Source: a virus
Lineage: Duplodnaviria; Caudoviricetes
Virus record (IMG/VR): IMGVR_UViG_3300025137_005870
Coordinates: 30,500-94,499 of that record
DNA length: 64,000 nt
Reading direction: 5' to 3' (one strand)
Shown piece after piece: positions 45,184 through 54,535 of this stretch. The notes below the pieces were generated by a model. It saw only the letters and a program-made list of their open reading frames with translations. It was not told the origin of the DNA and made no database searches. Numbering within the stretch: the first letter of the stretch is position 1; every line of letters begins with the position of its first letter. A program made the translations under genes and the position numbers.

Positions 45184-45613
45184 TTTTACTTTGCCATTCA
45201 AAAGAGATTTTGTCTTCGTCGATAGGTCCGCCAGCAGCCCAAGTATAGCAGGATCGGGCTGAATGGCATTTGAAATGGTGCATCCAACAGTAGCCTAAAT
45301 AACCTTCTTCATCCTCAATAGGTTGTGAGGTAGGGCCGGGCATACATTCCTTCATACGCGGAGAAATGTCAAAAGCGGTGCAGTTAGAACATTTAGATTT
45401 CTTTGCAACCTCTGGCTTTGTATTCCAGTGTTCGGCTGCTCTAACCCAATACTCTTCATCAGCAAGGTTCAAGGGGCCATACTGGATGTGTTCTGCTTGA
45501 ATAGCGGCGTTACGGTTCTTTGTATTCAGTTCAAGGTCTTGAGTTGGCTTAGGGCAAACCATCTCTTTAACCTCGTTTATAAATCGTTTCCAGTTTTCAA
45601 GCAGTAGTTTCAT
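45170..45613 (-). CDS. Cys-rich protein with MKLLLENWKRF leader
   Basis: CSNCTAF...GYC...C...CYTW; start at 45613. Confidence 0.7.
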   Translation of the reverse strand: MKLLLENWKRFINEVKEMVCPKPTQDLELNTKNRNAAIQAEHIQYGPLNLADEEYWVRAAEHWNTKPEVAKKSKCSNCTAFDISPRMKECMPGPTSQPIEDEEGYLGYCWMHHFKCHSARSCYTWAAGGPIDEDKISFEWQSKNEAS

Positions 45614-45614
45614 T

Positions 45615-46571
45615 TTACCAAGCCTTACACGACCAATAGCGGGCTTTCCACTTTGGTCCGGGGTTATCACAGTTATGTCGTGCTCTAAACGACTTTCTAC
45701 GGGCTGGAATGTTCTTCTTGATCTTCATATTTTTGTCGCCGAAGTTAACTTTCACAACATTGCCCTTCGCGTTCTTCACATAAACCTTAGACTTTTTGAC
45801 ATCGCCTCTCGTTGGTTTGTTAAGAGTAACCTTTCTTCCTTGATACTCTGCTTCTTCAAGTGTTTCGCCCTCGGCTAGATACTCATAATAAACATTCTCA
45901 AGTTCTTCGTTGATGATTTCCATCAGTCTTTGTCTGTCCATACCCAAGCCTTCGTTTTTCTTTGCTTTCTTACCCCAAGACTTGCCCTTACCCTTCTCTT
46001 TGCAAGCTCCGGGTGTAGGACGACAGGCTGGGTATTTGGATCGCTTCTCGCCCTTCTCACGGCCACAGGCTTTATAGCCTCCATCACCGTCTGGTGCGTT
46101 GCAGTCAACCCAACCGCCCTTCTTGCCTTTGGCTCCCTTGCGACCAAACCAATCACTAAGACTGGATTCCTTACTGGATTCCGTTCCTGCTTTCTTTTTC
46201 TTCTCGTCCATCACAGACTGAAGCTCTTGCATAACAATGTCTTTGATTTCGTTTTTATTCATTCTCTTAGTTTTCCTCTTGGAAGCCTCTTTTCTTTCCT
46301 TGGCATAATCAAAAGACTTTTTCAATCGCGCTTTGACCTTTGGGTCTTTTGCATTTTGGTAGGCGGCTCTTGCTCGCTGGTGAATCAAGTTAATGATTTG
46401 TGACTGTCGTTTGTGTGATTTGGATTTAAATGATGCTTTTGATAGTGTATCCTTGATGTCTTGGACAGTTTTAAACTTTACTGATACTGTGTCTTTCGGG
46501 TTTTCATCAGTATATAGTCTTCTGCTAGAGCCTTTTGGCTTTTTACCTGTTCCTTTCTTTGGGTCACTCAT
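45615..46571 (-). CDS. Multimodule basic phage protein
   Basis: RRLYTDENPKDT; LSDWF...WVDC...YPACRP; AEYQGRKVTLNKP...ARYWSC; internal leader-like motifs. Confidence 0.8.
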   Translation of the reverse strand: MSDPKKGTGKKPKGSSRRLYTDENPKDTVSVKFKTVQDIKDTLSKASFKSKSHKRQSQIINLIHQRARAAYQNAKDPKVKARLKKSFDYAKERKEASKRKTKRMNKNEIKDIVMQELQSVMDEKKKKAGTESSKESSLSDWFGRKGAKGKKGGWVDCNAPDGDGGYKACGREKGEKRSKYPACRPTPGACKEKGKGKSWGKKAKKNEGLGMDRQRLMEIINEELENVYYEYLAEGETLEEAEYQGRKVTLNKPTRGDVKKSKVYVKNAKGNVVKVNFGDKNMKIKKNIPARRKSFRARHNCDNPGPKWKARYWSCKAW

Positions 46572-46610
46572 TCTTGTTTTCCTCCATTGTCTTCAACATT
46601 AGAGGTTCCA

Positions 46611-47627
46611 TTACTTTTTTTCGATGTCTACCTCGGCATCATCGTCAAGAATGTAATCACCATTCTTGTGCAAACCAACGTCAACCATATCATCTAAGAT
46701 AACTTTAACCTCAGCTTCATCAGCATCCACTGCCTTCACGATAGCATCCAGCCCAGCAGCACCACCCTCATCCTTCAATACTTTGCGGATTTGGGGTTCT
46801 ATGGCCTTCACATCCTCTTCTTTGAGGTCTTTCCAGATCTTACCTCTGCGACACTGGACGACAGCCCCAGAAGCGTAAGCAGAAGGCCACACATCATACT
46901 TGCTTTTTGCGATTCTGGTGCAGCGATCGTCTTTTTCAAGGATGACATTCATCATTTCTTCTCTTACCATCTTCTCAATGCTTTCATTAACTTCGTCAAA
47001 GTCGGCGGTAATTATATTAACAAAGCCGGGATACATCATACCGATAATACCTTCTTCTATCATCTCTTCAACAACCTGCATAGCAGTTTGTTCTGATGTA
47101 TCATACTCATCGGCGATGAATACCATTAAATCGTTTTTACCTATCTTTTGGGTTACTCGGCCCTGCGCAAGATCGGGAAACTTCTTAGCCAACATTCGCG
47201 CAACCTCTTCGGGATCTGGACGAAAGCCTGCTTGTTCCAAGTCGTCAAGGTCTGGGTTGATCCTGTCTTCTAAGGATTCTCCAAGCTCTTCCTCCATCAT
47301 GCTCTGGCGAAATGCTTCAGCTTCTTCCTCAGCAGCCAGATCCTCGGGCGACAAGGAAGCACGCCAACGGCGATCATAATCTTTTCGTTCTCTCTCTTCT
47401 TTCTCTCTCCTCTCCATGTCCCGCTGCGCCTGTGTTTTTTCCTTAGCGTCAATTGCTCGTTTGTGGATATCGACCGACGATGCCCCCGGACCCTTCTGCC
47501 GCTTCTTCTGCATCTTCCGCAGGAGATATAGCGGTAGGAAATTGGATTCTTCTAATTTATCTTCTGATAGAACAGCTTCAAGCTCTTCCTTGATGATTTC
47601 TTTAAGTTGTGACTTTGTGATTTTCAT
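46611..47627 (-). CDS. Multimodule protein with MKITKSQLKEIIKEEL leader
   Basis: Leader; KYDVWPSAYASGAVVQCR. Confidence 0.8.
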   Translation of the reverse strand: MKITKSQLKEIIKEELEAVLSEDKLEESNFLPLYLLRKMQKKRQKGPGASSVDIHKRAIDAKEKTQAQRDMERREKEERERKDYDRRWRASLSPEDLAAEEEAEAFRQSMMEEELGESLEDRINPDLDDLEQAGFRPDPEEVARMLAKKFPDLAQGRVTQKIGKNDLMVFIADEYDTSEQTAMQVVEEMIEEGIIGMMYPGFVNIITADFDEVNESIEKMVREEMMNVILEKDDRCTRIAKSKYDVWPSAYASGAVVQCRRGKIWKDLKEEDVKAIEPQIRKVLKDEGGAAGLDAIVKAVDADEAEVKVILDDMVDVGLHKNGDYILDDDAEVDIEKK

Positions 47628-47851
47628 CTTTTACGCTCCACTGATAAGATTATATCGCCATCATCTGTAGTCCATTCAAAGATGTCAAGGTCTTGGCCGA
47701 TTCCATCGAGTTGGATCCTCAGCTTGCCGTCGCGGGATGCGTCCATCATAAGATCTTGCAACTGACCAACAGTAAACTGGTGTGCGCCTTCTTCCAAGGT
47801 TGAGAGTTCTTCTTTGATTATTTCTTTAAGTTGTGTTCTTGTGATTTTCAT
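47624..47851 (-). CDS. Small protein with MKITRTQLKEIIKEEL leader
   Basis: Leader motif. Confidence 0.7.
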   Translation of the reverse strand: MKITRTQLKEIIKEELSTLEEGAHQFTVGQLQDLMMDASRDGKLRIQLDGIGQDLDIFEWTTDDGDIILSVERKR

Positions 47852-48270
47852 TTTATTGCTATCCTTCCAATGGCGAGACTGTATTTGTCTCCAATGTTAT
47901 AATTAGTTATGTTTTCTGGTTTAATCCATTCATAGTCGCTATGTTCTTGACTCAAGCTTATCTTTCCTTCCCAATCATAGGCAGCATAGAAAATTACTTT
48001 ATCGTCTGTATAAATCTTTGTTGCTTTGTCTAGGTCTAAACTTGTTTCTTCCCAGACTTCTCGGTCTAATGCATCGTCTAGTGCTTCGTCCTTTTCGACG
48101 TGGCCACCGGGCAAGTCCCATTCCCACGGTGATTCCTTACTGATAACTTTCTTTGAACGACGGAGGATCAATACTTTGTCATCGTCTCTGACCATTACAA
48201 CCTTGACGACCCTTTGCATGTCCTGACCCTCCATTAAGAATTTATTAAACCTCTCAATAAGTAGTCTCAT
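47848..48270 (-). CDS. NUDIX hydrolase with N-terminal leader
   Basis: WDLPGGHVEKDEALDDALDREVWEETSL. Confidence 0.9.
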   Translation of the reverse strand: MRLLIERFNKFLMEGQDMQRVVKVVMVRDDDKVLILRRSKKVISKESPWEWDLPGGHVEKDEALDDALDREVWEETSLDLDKATKIYTDDKVIFYAAYDWEGKISLSQEHSDYEWIKPENITNYNIGDKYSLAIGRIAIK

Positions 48271-51032
48271 TTATCCAATCTTTTCAACGACCCACTTACA
48301 ATGTCAATAACACGGACGCCGGGAACCAGTTTGGATGAGTTGATTTCTGGCACTAAAACCTGTCTTACGAATGTTTCGGGGCGTGTTGAATCAGAGTCTG
48401 GGTGAAACTTAATCCTTGCCTCAATAACTTGTCTTGCTCGGCCTTGACTTAAATCATCGTGGCCAACAACGGTCACACCTTCAATAGCACGGATACGATT
48501 TAGTTTTTGTTCAATACCGCCACCAGTATCACGATCAACTTGGATCTTTAAGTTAACTTGGTACAGCCTTGTTTCAAATGCTTCTTGCTCCATAATCAAA
48601 GACTGGGCGATCTCACGGAGTTCTGATTTCTCTCTTGCGGCGGCTGCTCGTTGCACTGCGTCTGCTGACCGATCATAAAGCCGGTCTATTGCCCTCTCAG
48701 CCGCTTGGTATAAAACATCAATGTGTTTGTCGAGGTAATCCAAGAACGCTTCGGTGTGCTCAAAAACAGCACTCTCAATGGTTCGAGGAGACAGTTTAAA
48801 CCTGATGTTAAATCCTACTCTAAACTCCTCACCAGACGCACCTGCGATCTCCCTAGACGGAATAATCTGCGTAGCAAATCCAGTGTCGAATGAATAAGGC
48901 ATCAGCCTCCGCATATCCATCGGCTTTCGCTTAAATTCTGTGTCAAAGGGAAGGGGAACCTGCTGGTTTGCTGCCTTGAAGCCTTCGTTCGCAAGTTTCT
49001 TAAACTCCCTACGCAGTGAGGCCGAAAGGTTATCGGCATTAAGTTCCATACCTCGGGTGAATGTGGTATAAACATTTCTACCTTGTGAATCGCTTGCTGG
49101 TCGCGGTTCCAACTCATAGAACCCCGGTTTGGCCGGAACAAGCATTAGTTTTTCCCGTGGGATGTTTAACGCGATGTCGATGCCATCGCCGGGGTCGTTC
49201 TCGTCATACATCACGGCAAGGTTCTTAAACTCTTTCCCGGCTTTGAAATCGTCTCCATAATACTTCTCAACGGCTTTTTCAAACTTACCCGGTGGCAGAT
49301 ACTCTTCTGCGATCAAGGCGCGTCTAACGATGCCGTAGGCGCTATTGTAGTTAACATCAAAGTCTTGTTTAAACTCATCAACAGAGCTATCAAAATCATC
49401 AACGCCCGGTGTTCCAGTGCGTTCAACCCCAAAAGTGACATCAAGCATTACTCTAATCCTTGCGCCTTTGGTGCTGTCAGGGATGTCTGTTTCTTCGGCT
49501 CTGATGTTATAGTCGCTGTTGAAATAGATACCGTAGTCGTAAAGGGCTGTATGGATAAGTTCTTCAAACTCACGCTGTGCGCCGTAATCACTGGATTCCT
49601 CGGGGACCATAGTCCTGCCTTCTTTATCCTCCCAGTCATCGCCAAACTCAAAGCTAAACTCTACGCTGCCGCCACCTTGGACATAAAACGGCATTTCATC
49701 CCAGCCTTCTTCAACATCGCCATAGATGCTAACAAGCCCTTTGCCTTGCCCGGTGCGGTCTGTATTGGCAACGCGGACGATCTCTTCTACTCGCTCGGCG
49801 GCATTTTCCATTTCGCTTTCTACATCGCCGATAGCCTCGCCATAATAATCTTCGTGGTCGTAGGCTACTCTTTCGTAATCGTCAATCAAAGACTCGTAGA
49901 ATGGTGTATCTTCAAATAGCGCAAGAACAAGGTCACCTATCTGGCCACCTCCTTGCTCTTGGTCTGCGTATTCACCACCGACGCGGATCCATTCGCTAGG
50001 ACTCAAGAAACCTTCTTTAAAGTTACCTTCTTCGTCTGCCCACATATCTTTTTGTTTCTCGCGCATCCAACGGCGAACAGAAGGTAGAAAGTCGGGAACG
50101 GCGATACCATACACGCGGTCTTCAACCACGCCAAACTCTTCGTCGGTTTCCCTATTAAACATTTTATAAATACGGACTCGCGAGATAGGCTCGGGGCCTT
50201 CAAGGTCAATAGCATTGTCACCAAAGATTTCTTCGGCGTTCAACCTATTCTTTAAATCATACTCATCAACTTCTTGACCTCGCACAAGATAAGCAACCAT
50301 ACCGTGGCCACGCGACTCGTCAACAGCGCAGTTGAAATGCGAGGAACCTTCGGAGTGGCAAGAGCGAGTGGTGCTAAAGTCTGACATACGGGCAACATCG
50401 ATAGGATGCCGGGAAATAATAATGTGGTTTGGTGTTCTGGTGAGGCCGTCGAAGTCGTTAAGATACGGCTTCAAAAAGAACTTTCTAACATTCTCCATTT
50501 CGCGGAGGTCGTTTTGGTTTTCTTTCCACCACGCTTTATCTTCGTCGCTACCCATTCTTTGGATTAACTTACCCAAAGATACTTTCTTGGTGCTTGTTAC
50601 TTTCTCGCCTGCTCTTGGGCCTTTCGGGATAACCTTTTCTTCTTCCTTTTTCATTTCAAGGACAGGAAGAACCATCGGAACATCGTATTCTCTGCCGTCT
50701 TCGTCCCGGTTCTTTTGGATGACCGTCTTGGTTGTAAAGGCTGGCTCCCAACCTTGATCTACGAGACGCTTGAACAGTTCCGTGCCGCCTCGTTGGATTG
50801 TGTTGCCCATCGGGAACATAACACGCATTGGTCCTGACTTGCCCAAGCGATCAAAATTGGGCACATCTCTAAAGAGTTCCTTAAAAGAATACTTTGGGGT
50901 ATGTCGGTCTGGCGTGCCGTCTGCGATATACTTCCTGACTATCTTTCGGGCGTTCTTTGATAGTTCGGTAACTTGTTGTTCCTCTTCAAGCACGCTTTGC
51001 TTGAACCTAGAAACCATTGAGTGAAAGTCCAT
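48267..51032 (-). CDS. Large hypothetical protein, paralog of 19098..21608
   Basis: 921 aa; ISRHPIDVARMSDF...SCHS...CAVDESRGHG. Confidence 0.8.
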   Translation of the reverse strand: MDFHSMVSRFKQSVLEEEQQVTELSKNARKIVRKYIADGTPDRHTPKYSFKELFRDVPNFDRLGKSGPMRVMFPMGNTIQRGGTELFKRLVDQGWEPAFTTKTVIQKNRDEDGREYDVPMVLPVLEMKKEEEKVIPKGPRAGEKVTSTKKVSLGKLIQRMGSDEDKAWWKENQNDLREMENVRKFFLKPYLNDFDGLTRTPNHIIISRHPIDVARMSDFSTTRSCHSEGSSHFNCAVDESRGHGMVAYLVRGQEVDEYDLKNRLNAEEIFGDNAIDLEGPEPISRVRIYKMFNRETDEEFGVVEDRVYGIAVPDFLPSVRRWMREKQKDMWADEEGNFKEGFLSPSEWIRVGGEYADQEQGGGQIGDLVLALFEDTPFYESLIDDYERVAYDHEDYYGEAIGDVESEMENAAERVEEIVRVANTDRTGQGKGLVSIYGDVEEGWDEMPFYVQGGGSVEFSFEFGDDWEDKEGRTMVPEESSDYGAQREFEELIHTALYDYGIYFNSDYNIRAEETDIPDSTKGARIRVMLDVTFGVERTGTPGVDDFDSSVDEFKQDFDVNYNSAYGIVRRALIAEEYLPPGKFEKAVEKYYGDDFKAGKEFKNLAVMYDENDPGDGIDIALNIPREKLMLVPAKPGFYELEPRPASDSQGRNVYTTFTRGMELNADNLSASLRREFKKLANEGFKAANQQVPLPFDTEFKRKPMDMRRLMPYSFDTGFATQIIPSREIAGASGEEFRVGFNIRFKLSPRTIESAVFEHTEAFLDYLDKHIDVLYQAAERAIDRLYDRSADAVQRAAAAREKSELREIAQSLIMEQEAFETRLYQVNLKIQVDRDTGGGIEQKLNRIRAIEGVTVVGHDDLSQGRARQVIEARIKFHPDSDSTRPETFVRQVLVPEINSSKLVPGVRVIDIVSGSLKRLDK

Positions 51033-51120
51033 TTGTAGTTCTCCGTACTATTAAATAGTTTGCGACAAAAAGAAAGACACCCCCGTTTGAGAGTGCCTTG
51101 GAAAAAAATGGCGCGAGACT

Positions 51121-51474
51121 TTATTCTTTAACTCTGTTATAATCGTCTTCGAGCCGAACCACGTCGTCTATCTCTGGGGTGCTGACCTCGATTAAAGTTA
51201 CATCCACGTTTGACGGGGCCTCGAACCGATGAACCACGCCGGGTGTAATCCTGTATGATTGTCCCATCCTGAGTTCAATGATCTCTTGCTTTTCTTTGTC
51301 GCCAACGTGAAGTAGGAGACGACCTCTGAGAACATAAACGGTTTCATCTTTCTGTTCGTGATACTGTAAAGAAAGTTTATGCCCTTGCTCTACAAAAAGT
51401 ATCTTTCCTAAATACTTTTCTGTAATCGCCCAGCGTTCTTCGTGACCCCAAGGCTTATCTACTATTGTATTCAC
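51121..51474 (-). CDS. Cupin, mannose-6-phosphate-isomerase C-domain-like
   Basis: KPWG, LSLQYHEQKDE, PGVVHRF, EVSTPEIDDVVRLED. Confidence 0.85.
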   Translation of the reverse strand: MNTIVDKPWGHEERWAITEKYLGKILFVEQGHKLSLQYHEQKDETVYVLRGRLLLHVGDKEKQEIIELRMGQSYRITPGVVHRFEAPSNVDVTLIEVSTPEIDDVVRLEDDYNRVKE

Positions 51475-51475
51475 T

Positions 51476-51823
51476 CTACCTCCAAAGTTGTACCCCAAGG
51501 ATACAACACGCTAAAAAGAAACACGTTATTGTTTTCCAAGTAAAAGGTGTCTCGTTCATAAAATACCAAGTTAAAAGTGGGAACGGCACCCAAGAGGCGC
51601 AGAACGCCAAGAATCTGGGCATCCACAACTCTCCGCTTTCACCCGCTGCCATTACCCAACCAAACAAAAACATAAAGCCAGCGGGCAATCCAAATATTAA
51701 AACCGCAAGGTACTCCTTACCTTTCCACCAATCAAACACCATATGGCTATTTAACTGAAACCACGATAGTGTATGACCAGCCATAAAAAGTGCGATGGCT
51801 TTCCAATAAATTATATTCATCAT
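51476..51823 (-). CDS. Four-TM small membrane protein
   Basis: Four hydrophobic helices. Confidence 0.65.
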   Translation of the reverse strand: MMNIIYWKAIALFMAGHTLSWFQLNSHMVFDWWKGKEYLAVLIFGLPAGFMFLFGWVMAAGESGELWMPRFLAFCASWVPFPLLTWYFMNETPFTWKTITCFFLACCILGVQLWR

Positions 51824-51836
51824 TTGTCCCCCCGGA

Positions 51837-52289
51837 CTAAGGTTTTCCAATGTCTGCCCCATAAGTAGTGGGGTCATTTGCCCACTTCACATATTCAAAC
51901 AAATGTTTCTTATAAAAGTTATGATACAATCTTCTGTCCAGCTTTACACCTAGTCGTATTGCTAGTTTCTCGCCTTCGTCCCACGCTGCAACTTCTTCAC
52001 GGAGAACATCAACTCTGCGTGAAATAGTTTTACTTTTATCTTGTTGGCCATAGGGATATAATGTTTCATATCTTTCTCTGGAACGAATGATAACATGGCC
52101 TGCTTCATGTAAAATAGTATAAAGTTGCAACCGTTTGCGCTGATTTGTGTTCACAGAGACGCAAGCGTGACCGTTTGGCTTCCAATAAGCATTAGCCTCA
52201 TCATCACCAAAGATCACGTCCACACCGTACTCTTCTATTAAATATATCTCAACAGCATCTATATCTTGCTGGAAGACTTGATCATCCAA
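51837..52289 (-). CDS. HExxH metallopeptidase-like protein (ImmA/IrrE-like)
   Basis: ILHEAGH...EVAAW. Confidence 0.65.
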   Translation of the reverse strand: MDDQVFQQDIDAVEIYLIEEYGVDVIFGDDEANAYWKPNGHACVSVNTNQRKRLQLYTILHEAGHVIIRSRERYETLYPYGQQDKSKTISRRVDVLREEVAAWDEGEKLAIRLGVKLDRRLYHNFYKKHLFEYVKWANDPTTYGADIGKP

Positions 52290-52292
52290 AGT

Positions 52293-52589
52293 CTACCCCT
52301 TCAGAAGTTCTTTCTCGTAAAGTCCTAGTTTCTTGCCGACAAGGGCTGCTTCGCCAACGACGATAATGTCGATGCCGGTTTGTCCTCGGTCCATAAAAAC
52401 CTTGGTAAAAGACTGGCGCTCGTCCATGCCTTCTGGCAGTAAGCCTTCTTTCAACACGGTGTTCATGCGGGTATCAGGACGAATAGCAACAACATGCTTT
52501 GGGTTAATATAAATTTCTCTTAGTGTATACTTTGAAGTTCCACGCATAGCGGAAGATACTTCATTGAATACTTCAATTAGTTGTACCAT
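52293..52589 (-). CDS. Hypothetical protein (FlbD-like INP motif)
   Basis: EIYINPKHVVAI; GGAGG SD. Confidence 0.55.
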   Translation of the reverse strand: MVQLIEVFNEVSSAMRGTSKYTLREIYINPKHVVAIRPDTRMNTVLKEGLLPEGMDERQSFTKVFMDRGQTGIDIIVVGEAALVGKKLGLYEKELLKG

Positions 52590-52926
52590 TTGTATCCTCC
52601 TGTGGTTGTAGCATACTCGTCATGTCTTGCAACCTTTCGCTCATATCATTCAGTTTTTCCAAGTCCATATCTTGCCGTATTGGTGGATTTATAGTAGAAA
52701 CATACCCACCAAGTATAGCCTGACAATCTGCTAACCTCTGATCTATTTGATACATAGACTGCCGCGTTGCGTCTATAATGCTAGCTGCTACCTCTACTTG
52801 GCCCTTATCCAGAAAAGTAGAGGTTGTGTTTAGTTCGTAGGTCCAATCCATAGAAGTAGGTAACAATCTCTTCGCTTCATTAAGCACGTTATTCAACTCT
52901 GTAACATACTGTACTTTAACTTCCAT
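52573..52926 (-). CDS. Hypothetical protein
   Basis: Packed ORF downstream of groEL. Confidence 0.65.
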   Translation of the reverse strand: MEVKVQYVTELNNVLNEAKRLLPTSMDWTYELNTTSTFLDKGQVEVAASIIDATRQSMYQIDQRLADCQAILGGYVSTINPPIRQDMDLEKLNDMSERLQDMTSMLQPQEDTNGTTN

Positions 52927-54469
52927 CTTCAGCCTCAATAATAGCGTGATCGGTAGTGATCAAAGTTCCTGCTGCTGATGCTGCGTTCTGTAAGGCTGTG
53001 ATTGTAACCTTAACTGGGTCAATAATGCCAGAACCAATCATGTTAGTCATCTTAGCAGCCTTGAAGTCCCAACCTCGGTCACCCTTTGCTCTCTGAACCA
53101 TGGCCAAGATTACATCAGGACTTTCACCAGCGTTCTTTGCCATCTGGCGTAGTGGTTCTGCGACTGCCTTATAGACAATCTTTCCATAGCCCTTTGTGTG
53201 TTTTCTACCACGGACAAGAGCAACGCCGCCACCCGGAACAATACCTTCCAACTGTGCTGCTCGCACTGCTTCAAGTGCATCTTCAATACGATGCTTCTTC
53301 TCAATCATCTCAATCTCTGTTGCAGCACCAACTTTAATAACTGCAACACCAGATGCAAGTCTTGTAATCCGTTCTTGGATACGCTCACACTCACGAAGAC
53401 TTTCAGTTTGTTCAAGTTCTACTTTAAGATTATCAATCTGGGTATCGACATCTTCATAGTTTCCTTTACCACCGACGATCGTGGTCCAGCCTTTTAGAAC
53501 ATCAATCTTCTTACAAGTTCCAAGATGTTCCAGCTTCACGTCTTTAAGTTTAAGACCTGCGGACTTAGTTGTGTATGCTGCTCCTGTAGAGAGACATAAG
53601 TCTTTAAGGATGTTCCTGCGCTCCTCACCATAACGAGGAGCCTTGATTGCTGCGATCTTCATAGTACCACGCATCATATTCATAATGAGTGCTGCGTGTG
53701 CTTGCCCTTCGATGTCAGAGGCGACGATAATCAACGGTCTCCCTTCTCTTGCGACTGTTTCAAGAACTGGTAGAATGTCTTCCACTTTATCAATCTTACA
53801 GTCTGCGACAAGAATAAGAGGATCTTCGTACACAACTGCTCCACGGCGTTCGTCATTGATAAACGCTGTCGCCGTATAACCAGAATCAAAACGAAAGCCC
53901 TCGGTCAGATCAAGACTTGTCTCTAGGGAACGGGCTTCCTCTACGGAGATAGAGCCGTCCTTGCCAACACAGTCAACTGCTTTTGCAACCAGCTTTCCAA
54001 TAGCTTCATCATTGTTCGCGGAGATGGTTGCAATATGTGCAATGTCTTCTTCGCTTTGGATAGGTCTGGCCATATCTTTTAGGTTCTGTACATACTCTTC
54101 AACGGTTGCGTCAATCTGTCGCTTCACGTCAATAGGTGATGCACCAGCCACAATGTGGCGCTGTGCGCCGTGCAGGATAGCTCTAGCGAGCACTGTAGCG
54201 GTTGTAGTACCATCACCAGCAACCGAGTTGGTCTGCCGTGAGGCTTGCTTAATGATCTGTGCTCCGACGTCCTCAAAGGGATCGTCAAGGTCCACAAACT
54301 CTGCGACTGTTACGCCGTCTTTTGTGATAATAGGTCGCTTTCCTGCTTGTTTAATGATTACATTACGCCCCCGGGGGCCAAGCGTTGAAGCAACGTTATC
54401 AGCAAGTTTATCAACACCAGCGATGATCTTCTGACTTAACGAAGACCCCGCGTCATAACTCTTAGACAA
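52916..54469 (-). CDS. groEL: Chaperonin GroEL
   Basis: TLGPRGRNV, ITKDGVTVA, GDGTTTATVLA, ISAN, GIVPGGG, IIDPVKV. Confidence 0.97.
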   Translation of the reverse strand: MSKSYDAGSSLSQKIIAGVDKLADNVASTLGPRGRNVIIKQAGKRPIITKDGVTVAEFVDLDDPFEDVGAQIIKQASRQTNSVAGDGTTTATVLARAILHGAQRHIVAGASPIDVKRQIDATVEEYVQNLKDMARPIQSEEDIAHIATISANNDEAIGKLVAKAVDCVGKDGSISVEEARSLETSLDLTEGFRFDSGYTATAFINDERRGAVVYEDPLILVADCKIDKVEDILPVLETVAREGRPLIIVASDIEGQAHAALIMNMMRGTMKIAAIKAPRYGEERRNILKDLCLSTGAAYTTKSAGLKLKDVKLEHLGTCKKIDVLKGWTTIVGGKGNYEDVDTQIDNLKVELEQTESLRECERIQERITRLASGVAVIKVGAATEIEMIEKKHRIEDALEAVRAAQLEGIVPGGGVALVRGRKHTKGYGKIVYKAVAEPLRQMAKNAGESPDVILAMVQRAKGDRGWDFKAAKMTNMIGSGIIDPVKVTITALQNAASAAGTLITTDHAIIEAEDGS

Positions 54470-54535
54470 TACACACCTCTCTGTTGTCTTTATAATATAA
54501 CCACCCTACACTTGCTTGTCAAGCAGTTATTTGAT

